From NCBI GenBank assembly GCA_951406725.2, contig OX597817.1, positions 63,054,001 through 63,118,000 on the forward strand: 64,000 nucleotides of DNA. The letters run 5' to 3'. The notes under the pieces are model-generated. The model worked only from the letters and a program-made list of their open reading frames with translations, ran no database searches and had not been told where the DNA came from. The DNA comes from Octopus vulgaris. Lineage: Eukaryota. Positions 13,713 to 26,880 of this stretch are shown here, piece after piece (the stretch's first letter is position 1; the number at the start of each line of letters is the position of its first letter). A program made the translations under genes and the position numbers.

Positions 13713-14564
13713 TAGCCTACTGGTGGTCTGCCTTTGGGCAGGTTCTGTGCAGGTGAATCTTCACCACTCTCTATACGACCTTCCCCTGCCACAGACATCG
13801 AGCTGTTTGACTAAATCATTTATTTAAGCTATCATCACTTGAGAGATCGTATTTTCATATCCTAATGTATATACGTAACTCAGATATTTGTTAATTTTTA
13901 TCAGTCGGGATTTGCCTTGATTTATCGACCGACATTATTTATTTATTTATATATTAGTCAACCGGAGGAAGGAAAGCTTCATCAAATTAAATAGATCCAT
14001 CTTAGGAGTGCATGTATAGTAAAGTGATGTGAGCAGATAATAATGGAAATGTTTATTCAAAGAATGCCTTAATTATCCGGTTATGGATCGCTTGACACAT
14101 TGCTTAATGGAACTCCGCTCTGGATATATTCTCTCTTACCCGCAATCGATTCTTTGTATAAATAATTTCGATAGACTATGAAAGCTTCAACTTCCTGTCT
14201 TCTCAACGCATTAACTCTTCTTTTTATTTCTGCGATTAAGAACCTGATAAACTGATTATTCTTTAAATTATGGATGATCAAGAACTCTTTAATCATTAAA
14301 TAGATAAGACCAGAAACACATCATTAACCATACGTCTAGATTTCTCCCCCACCCCCAACCTATTTCCCTCTCTCTCTTTCTCTTTCTCTGCATTTCTTCT
14401 CCAACTACCTCTCCCTCACCTCTCCGATTCCCTCTCCCTCATCTCTCCCATTATCATATATTGTTTTCTTCTCCATTGTATTGTTCTATTCCTATTCATA
14501 GGTCTTACATTTTTAATGATAGACAAATAGACACACGAAACTATGCATAAATGTGTGTATGCAC

Positions 14565-14609
<45 letters not shown>

Positions 14610-14719
14610 GATAGATAGATATACATATACATATAAATATATATACACACACATTTACACATACACACACAAACACTCACTCATCGCGCGTGCACACACA
14701 TGCTTGTGTCTATGTAGAG

Positions 14720-14920
14720 AAATAATTTTTTGAAATTCTGGCACAAGGCCAGTAACTACATCGACGCCACTGTTCAACTGATATTTATTTAATAGACCTC
14801 CGTAGAATAAAAGGCAAAGTCGATCTCGGCGGAATTTTGAACTTAGAACATGAAAACGGGCGAAATGCCGCAAAGTATCTTGCCTGATGTGCTAACGATT
14901 CTGCCAGTTCGCCGCCTTCG
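14720..14920 (-). mobile_element. Meta-domain SINE family B (diverged)
   Basis: Reverse complement of the family B head and core. Confidence 0.75.
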
Positions 14921-15287
14921 TATGTTAAATAATAATGATTTCAAATTTTGGGCTCAATGCCAGAAAGTTTGGGGTAGAGTATTAGTTGACCACATCGATC
15001 GTAAAGACGGACGAAATACCACGAACGTGAGTGCAATACTCTAACCACGAGAACACGAGAACACGTACCGTCACAACTCCCATGTGACGAAGCACGAATG
15101 TTGCATATCGATTAAGTGAACAAGTGAAGAACATCCAAAATTTCCTGAAACAGAGAATAAAATCAAACTTCCCATGAAAACGTGAGGGTTCAAATGGAGA
15201 AAGTAAAGCTGTAGAGAATATATAAAGAACCCTAAAGTTTACCATACATTTGCAAACGAATCAGCTTCAGTATAATACAGAACAGAA

Positions 15288-15510
15288 GGGCGGCGAGCTA
15301 TGAGAATCGTTAGTACGCCGGTCAAAATGCGTAGCGGTACTTCATCCGTCTTTACCTTCTGAGTTCAAATTCCGCTGAGGTCGAATTTACCTTTCATCTT
15401 TTTGGCATCAATATAAAATAAGTACTAGCTGCACGCTGTGATCGATGTAATCGACTATCCCCACCCACCCACCCAACAAAATTGCTGGTCTTGTGCCAAG
15501 ATTTGAAACC
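15288..15510 (+). mobile_element. Meta-domain SINE family B with TSD
   Basis: ggcggcgagct head; flanking direct repeat cagtataataca. Confidence 0.8.
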
Positions 15511-15595
15511 AGTATAATACAAATAGAGCAATTTTTTTCAAAGAAATAATCCACTAACGGCTGAAGAATAAATGTAGCGAGAGCGCCACGTCATT

Positions 15596-15881
15596 TGCAA
15601 AGTGTACATAGCCCAAACGACCTTAACATCAAGTTTTCAATTCATCCAAAAATGCAAAGTGTACATAGCCCAAACGACCTTAACATCAAGTTTACAATTC
15701 ATCCAAAAATGCAAAGTGTACATAGCCCAAACGACCTTAACATCAAGTTTACAATTCATCCAAAAATGCAAAGTGTACATAGCCCAAACGACCTTAACAT
15801 CAAGTTTACAATTCATCCAAAACTGCAAAGTGTACATAGCCCAAACGACCTTAACATCAAGTTTACAATTCATCCAAAAAT
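15596..15881. repeat. 57-bp minisatellite, 5 near-identical copies
   Basis: Unit tgcaaagtgtacatagcccaaacgaccttaacatcaagtttacaattcatccaaaaa. Confidence 0.95.
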
Positions 15882-16119
15882 GGAACACAGCGTCATACGG
15901 CTTTTATATGCTCACGATTCATGCTCACATAATTCATATTCGCAATACATAATCACTTTGCAACACAATTCATTTTCCTCCACAGGTCCTACTCCGAGTA
16001 ATATCATCCCACAACATATCAAAGAAGAAAAAGATTTTTAAAAAACCTTTAGATGATATCTGGACATTTTTCAAGGGATAGACAAACCACCAATGTCTTG
16101 ATACATTTCAGTCGACAGT

Positions 16120-16345
16120 TACGAGGGGGTACTGAAAAGTTTCTGATTTAGGGGAAAAGAAAATACAAGAAGATCATTTAATTACGGTTTTATTCAACGT
16201 GTTACACTCTCAGATTCACACATTTATTGCAGAGGTCCTTCAGGTTTTCTATGGGCCCCTGTAAAAGAACTCGGAAAGTCGAGTCTCCAACTAGGCTCTT
16301 CGCGATACACTTAAAGCCAAGAACATTTCAGCACTCTCTCGTACG
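16120..16345 (+). mobile_element. Possible mariner-type transposon end
   Basis: tacgagggggtactgaaaagtt resembles mariner TIRs; partner end unclear. Confidence 0.35.
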
Positions 16346-17459
16346 ACCTACATCAATGGGCTATGACACCAAAATACATGACTTAAACATAACTAGACAG
16401 ATTCTATCATGTAATGCTGTTAAGTTAGACAAAGCCTGGGATAATTTTGGTCGAAATATACCTAACTTTTATGAAAGTAAAAATTATTGAATGAACAATT
16501 CAAATTTGGTTTCACATCCTCGATCAGGCGCACGCAAATAAGTTAAGTCTGATGAGTTCTTCAACACTACAGTCCGTATCAAGAAATGCTGCCTATAGCA
16601 AATTTGTAGAAAAGTGGGTAAGAGTGGTGGGCATGACCCGGGTGAACGCGCCTACACTGAGCATGTGCATGTAGATTGAAGGATTCAAGTGAGAGAGAGC
16701 GCTTGCCTTAGTGGTCAGAGAGATCGTGACTTTGTGAGGTTTCCACAACTCACCCTCAGACGTTTCACATTTTGGGGAATTATTCCTTTTCTTTTTGTTT
16801 TTTGTTTCTGATATTTTATTTTTTTACACGCTATTATGTAATCCCTTCATTATATCGTCCTGTACTGTTTATAATATGATATCAACCCTTAGTAAATAAT
16901 AAAGAAAACATTATGATTTAGCTATTACTGTTATCACTAGTACTCCTACAACTATTACCACAATTATCATTATAATTATCATCGTCATCATCACCATCAT
17001 CATCATCATCTTATTCATTACTATCTTCTTTTCATTATTCCTTGTTCATCCTACACATTTTCTTCTACTTTCTGTTTGATCTGTTAGTTTATTCCTTTCT
17101 TCAGAGAACGTCATTACGAAGAATTATGAATTTCTAAAAAAAAATTTTAAAAAAAGGAAATGATAAAACTAACATTTCAAATGGAAAAAATTTTGGTTTG
17201 TTTTGTTTTTGTTTCTTTTTGTTGTTGTTTTTTTTTGTTTTTTGTTTTTATTCTTTTACTCTTTTACATGTTTTATAATTGCTATACCAGTAAACAGACT
17301 GTCTGCATTCCTTATAATAATGACCAGTAATTGGTGGTGATGGCAGCGGGTTTGATGTTAATGGTAGTGCTTGTGGCGACAGTTGTGATAATACAGGTGG
17401 TGCCAGTGGTCATTTTCTTTTCTTTTTTTTTTGGTAGGGGCTTTTGGTCTTGGTGTTAT

Positions 17460-17775
17460 TATTGGTGTAGGTGGTGGTGGTGGTGGTGGTGTAGTTGGTG
17501 GTGGTGGTGGTGGTGTAGAGATCGATGACAATGATGACGAGGAGTATCGTGATGATGTTGATGATGATGATGATGATGACGATGACGACGATGATGATGA
17601 TGATGAGACGACTATGAAGATGACGATTAAGATGATGTTGATGATGACAATGAAGGTACGATGATTATGATGAGAAAGATGATTATGATAATGATGGTGG
17701 TGGTGGTGCTGCTGGTGGTGGTGGTGGTGGTGGTGGTGGTGGTGGTGGTGGTGGTGGTGGTGGTGGTGGTGGTGG

Positions 17776-17806
<31 letters not shown>

Positions 17807-17978
17807 GCTGGTGCTGGTGCTGGTGGTTGTGCTGGTGGTTGTGCTGGTGGTGGTAATGGTGTTGATGTTTTTGATGTTGGTGGTGGTGCTGCTGGTAGTG
17901 CTGGTGTGGTGCTGGTGCTGGTGGAGCTGGTGCTGGTGCTGGTGGTGGTGGTGGTGGTGGTGGTGGTGGTGGTGGTGG

Positions 17979-18009
<31 letters not shown>

Positions 18010-18305
18010 GGTGGTGCTGTTGGAGCTGGTGCTGGTGGTGGTGCTGGTGGTGGTGCTGGCGGTGCTGGTGGTGCTGGTGGAAGTGGTAGTGGTGGTAGTG
18101 GTGATAGTGGTGGTGGCGGTGATGGTGGTGGAGATGGTGACATGGAGGTTGATGACAATGATGACGAAAAGTATCGTGATGATGATGATGATGATGATGA
18201 TGACGACGATGATGATGATGATGACGACGACGACGACTATGATGATGATGACGATTAAGATGAGGTTGATGATGACAATGATGGTGCGATGATTATGATG
18301 AGAGG
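17460..18305. repeat. Compound (GGT)n/(GAT)n/(GCTGGT)n low-complexity block
   Basis: Seen directly. Confidence 0.95.
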
Positions 18306-18306
18306 A

Positions 18307-18527
18307 AGGCGGCGAGGGCGAGCTAGCAGTATCGTTAGCACCCCGGGCGAAATGCTTAGCGTTACTCCGCCCGTCGCTGCGTTCTGAGTTCAAATACCGC
18401 CGAGGCTGACTTTGCCTTTCATCCTTTCGGGGGTCGATAAATTAAGTACCAGTGAAACACTGGGGTCGATGTGATCGACTATCCCTCTCCCCCAAAAATC
18501 CAAGCCTTGTACCTACTGTAGAAAGGA
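18307..18527 (+). mobile_element. Meta-domain SINE family B
   Basis: Head and core match the other copies. Confidence 0.85.
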
Positions 18528-18929
18528 TTATGAGAAGGATGATTATGATAGTAGTAGTGGTGGTGGTGTGGTGGTGGTGGTGGTGGTGGCTTTGATGGTG
18601 GTGGAGGCAACAATGACGACTGTTGTATAATGATTGTGATGATGATGATGATAATGATGATGATGATAACTCCTAAAAGTAACAATCATTGACTGTTTTA
18701 CAAAAATAATAGAACGAGATTTTGGTTTGTTTGTTTGTTTTTTTATGTCTGCGTTTCTTTTATTTATTTTTTGTACTATTTTGTTTTCCGTTTTAATGAA
18801 GATTACGTCAATTTTTACCTACCGTTGACTGAAAATGAATACGAACTTCAAACAACTGCAACTGCTCATCAAAGATGATGATGATGCGACTATAGTGATG
18901 GTGATGATGGTGTTGATAATAATAATGGT

Positions 18930-19350
18930 TTCAAATTTTGGCACAAGGCCAGCAACTCAAAGGGAGGTGCAAATAGATTCCATCGACCAGTATTCAACTG
19001 GTACTTATTTTATCGACTCCGAAAGGATGAAAGACAAGTCGACCTCGACAGAATTTGGACTCAGAACGTAAAGAAGGGCGGAATGCCGCTAAGCATTTTA
19101 CCCAGAGTGCTAACGACTCTACTCGCTCCCCGTCTTGACTTCAAATTTTGGCACCAGACCAGCCATTCAAGAGGAGGGGTAACGCAATTACATCGACCCC
19201 CAGTGCTCAATTGGTGCTTATTTTATTGACCTCGAAAAGGAAAAAATGCAAAGTCGACTACGACGGAATTTGAACTCAGAATGTAAAGACGAACGATATG
19301 CAATGAAGAATTTTGCCCGGCGTGCTATTGATTCTGCCAGCTCGCCGCCT
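18930..19350 (-). mobile_element. Two adjacent family B SINEs (diverged)
   Basis: Two reverse-complement cores. Confidence 0.75.
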
Positions 19351-19964
19351 TTTATGTAATAAAGATAATTTATCTTTTATTTTTTACCTGTGTTAGTTGT
19401 TAGGCTTGAGCCATGTTGGGGCAAAGCAGGGTTCAATCGAATAAATCAGAGTTGGCTAATTTTTCCCCAATAAATTTGATTCATAGTTTATCGGCCTCTT
19501 TCGCCGAACCGCTAATTTACAAACTAACTAAAGACAGGCGAAGCTCTGTACTTTTAACACATAAGTCTCTTTGGGAGATTTCTCCGTGACAATATATTAC
19601 GACTAGCGCCGTTCCCCCTTTGATGATACATTATAAGGTGCTACTTTAGTGCGCAGTCTACCACAGCGCTTCATTCATGACCCCATTTTTCATTACGAGA
19701 TATTTCGCAACGCCAGGTATTATATATGAAATAAAACATACAAATAAATACATAAATCATTCATTGTTTTGCTGAACAATATACATATAAAAAGTACTTA
19801 AATTATTTGTCAAAACAAAAGTAGTTCTTGGGTAAACCAAAGTAAAAAAAATAATAAACCAGAGTGAAAATCAATGTGACGGATGTGCTTGTCTTTTTTT
19901 TCTTTCTTTTTTTTTATTGCTGCATAACAACTTAAATCTTGGTGTAATATTTGTCACTGCTGAA

Positions 19965-20607
19965 AGGCGGCGAGCTGGCAGAAACGTTAGCACGCCGGGC
20001 GAAATGCTTAGCGGTATTTCGTCTGCGTTACGTTGTGAGTTCAAATTCCGCCGAGGTCGACTTTGCCTTTCATCCTTTCGGGGTCGATAAATTAAGTACC
20101 AGTTACGCACTGGGGTCGATGTAATCGACTTAATACCTATGTCTGTCCTTGTTTGTCCCCTCTGTGTTTAGCCCCTTGTGGGTAATAAAGAAATAGGTAT
20201 TTCGTCTGTCGTTACGTTCTGAGTTCAAATTCCGCCGAGGTCGACTTTGCCTTTCATCCTTTCGAGGTCGATAAATTAAGTACCAGTTACGAACTGGGGT
20301 CGATGTAATCGACTTAATATCTATGTCTGTCCTTGTTTGTCCCCTCTGTGTTTAGCCCCTTGTGGGTAATAAAGAAATAGGTATTTCGTCTGTCGTTACG
20401 TTCTGAGTTCAAATTCCGCCAAGGTCGACTTTGCCTTTCATCCTTTCGGGGTCGATAAATTAAGTACCAGTTACGCACTGGGGTCGATGTAATCGACTTA
20501 ATACCTATGTATGTTCTTGTTTGTCCCCTCTGTGTTTAGCCCCTTGTGGGTAGTAAAGAAATAGGTATTTCGTCTGCCGATACGTTCTGAGTTGAAATTC
20601 CGCCGCG
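19965..20607 (+). mobile_element. Family B SINE with ~3.3 internal tandem units
   Basis: Single head followed by a repeated ~183-bp body. Confidence 0.9.
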
Positions 20608-22324
20608 GGCGTGAACTCAGGTGAAGTCGACCACAGTTGCAATAACCTCATGCACGGGCATTGCTGAAATTTTGCATGGACAATGATCACTGATCTTCCT
20701 CGGTCACTAGTGAGTTACCATAATGAATGAATGCACGCATGTATATTTACTGTTTTGTTCTCACTGTCCGCAAAAAAACCCCAAATTTTATTTAATTTGC
20801 TTCGTTCGTTTCTGTTTTTGTTTTTATGTTTTCGTTTCTCATTGTGTTCAACTTTCTTTTGATGTCCTGTACCAATATATGCATGTATATATACATATAT
20901 ATGTAGGTATGTACATATATGTATGTATGTATGTATTATGTGTGTATGTATGTATGTATGTATATATATATATAGATATGTATGTGTGTATGTATGGATG
21001 TATGGATGTGTGTATGTACGTACGTACGCACATATGTATGTCTTTGTGTTTGTGTTTGTACCGCACCACCACTTGTCAGCCGGCGTTGGTTTGTTTACGC
21101 TTCCGTATCTTATCAGTTCGGTATAAGAGACGGATAGAATAAGTAGCAGCCTTTCAAAACATAAGTGCTAGTGTCGATACTTATCGACTAAAAGCATTCA
21201 AGGCAGTGTCTCAGCATGGCTGCAGTCCAATGATTGAAACAAGTAAAAGATAAAAGATATACAATATAACAAAAATTTTGTCACATAAATTCTTATATTT
21301 GCTTCTAGAATTCATTGGGTTTATTTTACTTACTTGCATTGGTTTATAGTGCCTTTGAACAACGAAATGTCCAATAATGTTTACAATGACAATTATATTT
21401 AGTCTCTTAATCAGTCTACTTCTATAACAGGCGCCATTTGTCAGTAAAGACCCTGGGTGTATTTATTTATTCGCATAGAAAATAAAACAAGTTTTATTTT
21501 CAATCAATTGGTTTCATGTGATGAAGTATCACAGGTTTAACGACACTGGAGAATATAAAGCATTCTTAAAGAGAGAAAGGGCATGTCAGAGAGGGAGAAA
21601 AATATATACAGTTATAGAGAAGACAGAAATGAGAAATGGAGGTATATATATAGTCATGAAGTTAAAGAGAGAGGAGGAGTGAACGTGGAGATAAAGAGAG
21701 AGGGGAAGTTAAAGTAGAGATAGAGTGAGATACATGAGTGAGAGATTGGGGAGGTAAAATCAAAGTTCATTTGCAGAATTTGTACTGTCGTCGTGAAGGT
21801 GAGAAACACACCAGAATTTTAGACAGTGAATCTGAAATGGTTGCATGGCAGAACAAAGGGATATGTGTTTATGATAATTGTAGCTTTATCTACAGTACAA
21901 ATGAGAAAAAAGTAGGAATGGTCATGGCGAAAATATCTTAGACGATAGGTCTCTTCAGACCAGGTTCATTTGGGACTTACAAAAATATTAGTTTATGAGA
22001 GAGAGTCAAACGTGCGGCTGGAGATTGTAAAACGTCCACCCAGAGAGTAAACAAGAGAAAAAGAGAGAGAGAGAGAGGCAGAGAGACAGAGAGATAAATG
22101 AGAAGATATAGAGAAGATATAAAAGAGAGCAATGAAGCATACAGGTAGAGAGAATGAGATATTAGAGAAGAGCAGAAAGCCATATAAAGAGAGAGAGAGA
22201 CATAGAAATAGATCGGCGTGCATATGAGAGAGAGAGCGAGAGAAGGAGAAAGGGTATATGAGAGAGAAAGAGAAAGGGTATATGAGAGAGAAAGAGAGAA
22301 GCAGAAAGGAGAGGGAAGAGAGGT

Positions 22325-22380
22325 AGAAACCGCAAAGTTCATTCGCAGATCAGAATCTGCGAATGAACTTTGCGGTTTCT
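22325..22380. repeat. Perfect 26-bp inverted repeat with 4-nt loop
   Basis: agaaaccgcaaagttcattcgcagat-caga-atctgcgaatgaactttgcggtttct. Confidence 0.95.
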
Positions 22381-22670
22381 TTTACCTACCAATTTTGTTA
22401 TTCATAATCACGTTTTGATCAAAGTATCGATTTTGGAAAGAAAATAGCCTCAAACTAGCCTTAATATTCGTTGAGATTGTACATATTATGATCAGATGTG
22501 GCTACACATAACAATGTTTTGTTTCTTTATCCACCATTTTCTGAGAGCATCTAATTATAATTTTTAGAAGATACCATTTTTACTGCTATCCATCGACCAC
22601 AATTATTCGACGTGTTCATATCTCTGTTTTCCTCCTCCTTCTCCTTCTTACCTCCCTCTCTCTCTTTCTC

Positions 22671-22701
<31 letters not shown>

Positions 22702-22889
22702 AAACGTGTTTATTTATCTTGGTCACATTGATGATAGTGCGGTAATGTGAATCTTCGATAATGACTACACAATACGGTTTAAGAGGCCCTGATAGCATTC
22801 GCATAAAACTTGATAAAATTCCAATGCCTGATTTCTTGGATCAGTCCTATCCACATGGATGCAATTGGACATATGGCACCTGTGCATAA

Positions 22890-23479
22890 GGGCGGTGAGC
22901 TGGCAGAATTGTTATCACGCCGGGCAAAATGCTTAGCGATATTTCGTCTGCCGCTACGTTCTGAGTTCAGAGGTCGACTTTGCCTTTCATCCTTTCGGGG
23001 TCGATTAAATGAGTACCAGTTACGCACTGGGGTCGATACAATCGACTTAATCCGTTTGTCTGTCCTTGTTTGTCCTCTCTATGTTTAGCCCCTTGTGGGT
23101 AGTAAAGAAATAGGTATTTCGTCTGCCACTACGTTCTGAGTCCAAATTCCGCCGAGGTCGACTTAGCCTTTCATCTTTTCGGGGTCGATGAAATAAGTAC
23201 CAGTTACGTACTGGGGTCGATGTAATCGACTTAATCCGTTTGTCTGTCCTTGTTTGTCCTCTCTGTGTTTAGCCCCTCGTGGGTAGTAAAGAAATAGGTA
23301 TTTCGTCTGTCACTACGTTCTGAGTCCAAATTCCGCCGAGGTCGACTTAGCCTTTCATCCTTTCGGGGTCGATTAAATAAGTACCAGTTACGTACTTGGG
23401 TCGATGTAATCGACTTAATCACTTTGTTTGTCCCTTTTATGTTTAGCCCCCCCCCCCCCTGTGGACAATAAAGAAATAA
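22890..23479 (+). mobile_element. Family B SINE trimer with 16-bp TSD
   Basis: atatggcacctgtgca at 22871-22886 and 23480-23495. Confidence 0.9.
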
Positions 23480-23589
23480 ATATGGCACCTGTGCAGAAAC
23501 ATGTTGCTACACCAACACACAGCCCGTCGTTTCTTTTTACTTGCTAAGCTATGGGGAAGAAGTTCCATGGCGTTTGAAAGCCTTGTTAG

Positions 23590-24030
23590 ATCGATAAGAT
23601 TGATGCCATTAACGTTGCTCTTGAATTTTTGAAAGTAAACACTTGCAGTAGAAATATGAGCCAAGAGAGAACTCACGAGACTCGATATTCTGGGAAGGAA
23701 GGTCTAAGTGGTCTAAGTTTAGTTATTATAGCAGGACATTGGAGATTAGACACAGCAAGGATGAAGAGAGGAGGAGAGACGAGGGGAACGGGAGAGCCTA
23801 AATGGAGTAGGCATGAGCCAAGCCAGCTCCGAGAATCAGAGGCCCTTATATTTGAGGTAGAAAGCAGGAGAAAGGAGACGGCACGCCTGTACACCAGAGA
23901 CTGGTGCGTGTATGTGAGCGACTTTGTGCCAATCAGTGGAAAGGCTCTTGTCTGGATGCAGTTTAGGATGCATGAGTATGCAAGTAGTATCGTACCCCAA
24001 ATGTGAAAGTAACACTCCACTCTGGACCTC
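23590..24030 (-). mobile_element. CR1/Jockey-group LINE ORF2 C-terminal fragment
   Basis: RVECYFHIWG..LNCIQTRAFPLI..SLVYRRAVS..FQKFKSNVN resembles the post-RT region (LEYCSHIWG..QKRA.RLI..SL.HRR). Confidence 0.65.
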
Positions 24031-24034
24031 TATT

Positions 24035-24222
24035 TTGGTACAAGGCCAGGAATTTTAGGAGAGGATAAATCGATCAAATCGACCCCAGTGCTCAATTTTG
24101 TCGACACGGAAAGGATGAAAGGTAAAGCCGACCTCGACGGAATTTGAATTCAACGTAAACACGGACGAAATACCGCTAAGCATTTTGCCCGATATGCTAA
24201 CGATTCTGTCAGCTCGATGCCT
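24035..24222 (-). mobile_element. Family B SINE
   Basis: Reverse-complement core and head. Confidence 0.75.
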
Positions 24223-25165
24223 TAAGTCCAACGCAATATTTCGATTTCTTTTTGAGGAAATAATGCTTTTAAAGCTTTTTAATACAACGGAGGCCCTACC
24301 TACTGAGATAGATATCTGAGCGTAAAGAACAAGATACTGACTTTTACGTAGAGAATCCAACATAATAAACATTTGAATGTAATTGATGGAACCAAAATGG
24401 CTATCCAAGAATTCAGTATAATTATTTGTATGAACTTCTTGGTCGTTTATATTACACAAATTTCATACAAATGAAGTGAATAGCCATCCGCTATGTTGTT
24501 CCTTATGCCTTTTTCCAAAGATATAATCATCCTAAAAGTATTATAGAAATGAGATGGTTACATCTTATTTGACAAATTTTCCTTCATCTGGTTAAAAAAA
24601 AACGGGATATGATCTGATGGGAGGAAAACAGGATTATTACTACTACTGTATGGATTCACATGTTCACAATTCTTTTATGCTATTACTTGTTTCAGCCATT
24701 GGATCATTTTACCTGCTTACACTAGTGTGTAAGCTATAAATTGCATAGTACTATAGTAAATTGTACAAACGAATGAGGATATATAAGGCTAGCTCATCAG
24801 ATCAACAGGATATCATGGTTATATCAATTTTTTCAACTTCAGTAAACACACTAATGCAGACATGTAAAATAATTTATTATACACTTAAAGTAAATTATTT
24901 TTGCATGATGTTGGCTGTGAAACAGCTGTCACCTTATGGATATCAATTGGTGAATTAAATATATTCATCTTATACGTCCTGAATTTCTTTATATTCTGTA
25001 TAATCCTCATGAAATAATTTTCACTGATTGGATTTACTGAATTTCAACTGGATAGGACTATACATTACACCCCTATTTATTGGTTTGCTTAGTGATTTGT
25101 AGCCTGCTCCACTGAAGGAGCTTGTTTGTAATTACCACTGGATTATATAAATCCATATATTGTGC

Positions 25166-25246
<81 letters not shown>

Positions 25247-25894
25247 AGAGAAATTGGACAATTATACGGATAAACAAGTTAGATATATTAAATATAACAG
25301 TTTGGGTATGAAATACAAAATATGTATATATATATATATATACATACAAAACGAGAGAAAGGCAAAAAGTGGAGACTTTCAGACGATGAATAAAGGTATA
25401 AATATACAGATATCTAAAAGAGAATTAGTATCTTCAGTCAGCTCGTAGCGCTGCTTGTTCCTGTCTTGCCTGGTACGCGTGGCCGAAGAGGAGATAACTA
25501 CTCCGAAATGCTTGCATCTCACGGTCTGGATAAGTAGAGCTGCGAGCTGATAGAGGTGTATACACACCATTTGTCAAAATATTGGATGTATTTTTCGTGA
25601 CAAAATGCAGTGAGTAGCTTGTTCACCGTTTCGAATGGCCCTCAAGTATATACGGACTGATAACAACATTACTATCTTGATATTTTGTTATTCTACCAAA
25701 TATATACGTTTTATTTATTATTTTGCACATTACTTAATCATTAGTATATGTTTTTATCTTATATTTAATTTTTCTATAAGATGTAATTTTTTTCTAAATA
25801 GTATAATTTAATTTTTTCATTGTTGAATTGATAACAGGTGGGTTTTTTTCTAATTTATATATATGGCGCAAATTAATCAACAACATTGTATTAT

Positions 25895-26127
25895 ATATTC
25901 TTTACTACTCACAAGGGGCTAAACATATAGGACACAAACAAGGACAGACAAACGAATTAAGTCGATTACATCGACCCCAGTACGTAACAGGTACTTAATT
26001 TATCGGCCCCGAAAGGATGAAAGGCAAAGTCGACCTCGGCGGAATTTGAACTCGAAACGTAACGACAGACGAAATACGGCTACGCATTTCGCCCGGCGTG
26101 CTAACGGTTCTGCCAGCTCGCCGCCTT
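25895..26127 (-). mobile_element. Family B SINE
   Basis: Reverse-complement copy; flanking ttgtattata repeat. Confidence 0.85.
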
Positions 26128-26365
26128 GTATTATAGTCAAAGCCATAGCTTTGATGAGGTCTGTCGAGATTTGCCTCTCTTAGGCATTTCCCAATGATAA
26201 CGGCTAAAAAGCTAGAAAAATCGATTTCAGGGAATCCGATACGTGACAACTCTGGACAGATATCGTGTTTTACAACTTGTTGCCATATTGACATATTTTA
26301 ACAAACCTAAAGTTTGCTGCATATATAATATATATATATATATATACACATTATGCATATATATT

Positions 26366-26410
<45 letters not shown>

Positions 26411-26415
<5 letters not shown>

Positions 26416-26880
26416 ATAATAATATTAGGGAGTAAATCCAAATTTACAGGGAAAAATTAGATTTAGGATTAAATCTAATTTCACAGTATAAATATAAATT
26501 AAATTAGAGATAGAACCACTATTAGGCAAATCAAACAGTGAAAAACACAAACCAAAACATAAAAATAAAAATAATTAATATAATTTACAAAATATATAAA
26601 ATATAAAATTTACAATTTAAATTATTTAAATTCAAAATTATTAATTTATATTTATATTTATATTTATACTTATAATTTTTTTAAAATTATATATAACTAT
26701 GAAAAAGTATTAAAGTTTATTATAAGATAAGTAAAACGACTACGTACGTTTCATGGCCATAACCTAATTCGAATTACAATAATTTAAATTCAATTAATTA
26801 TTTTTAGTTTTATGTTTTGGTTTATGTTTTCCATTGTTTGATTTGCCTAATAGTGGTTTTATCTCTAATTTAATTTATAT
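26411..26880 (-). mobile_element. AT-rich PLE-derived insert with inverted terminal segment
   Basis: 26492-26579 is inverted at 26793-26880; HHR 3' half (tgaaacgtacgtagtc on minus) near 26737-26755; same family as 45073-45273; flanked by (TA)n. Confidence 0.6.

Noticed and set aside
14081-14296. 71-aa minus ORF, possibly an L1/Tx1 C-terminus
   Set aside because: No diagnostic motif; too weak to call
15596-15881. CRISPR-like regular repeats (also the 184-bp arrays)
   Set aside because: No unique spacers, no cas genes, eukaryotic context
17331-18685. Pro/His/Val/Thr-rich ORFs
   Set aside because: Translations of (GGT)n/(GAT)n repeats
21975-22030. Possible minus-strand micro-exon (pyrimidine tract, CAG...GTAAGT)
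   Set aside because: Splice-like signals alone are expected by chance; no supporting neighbouring exons
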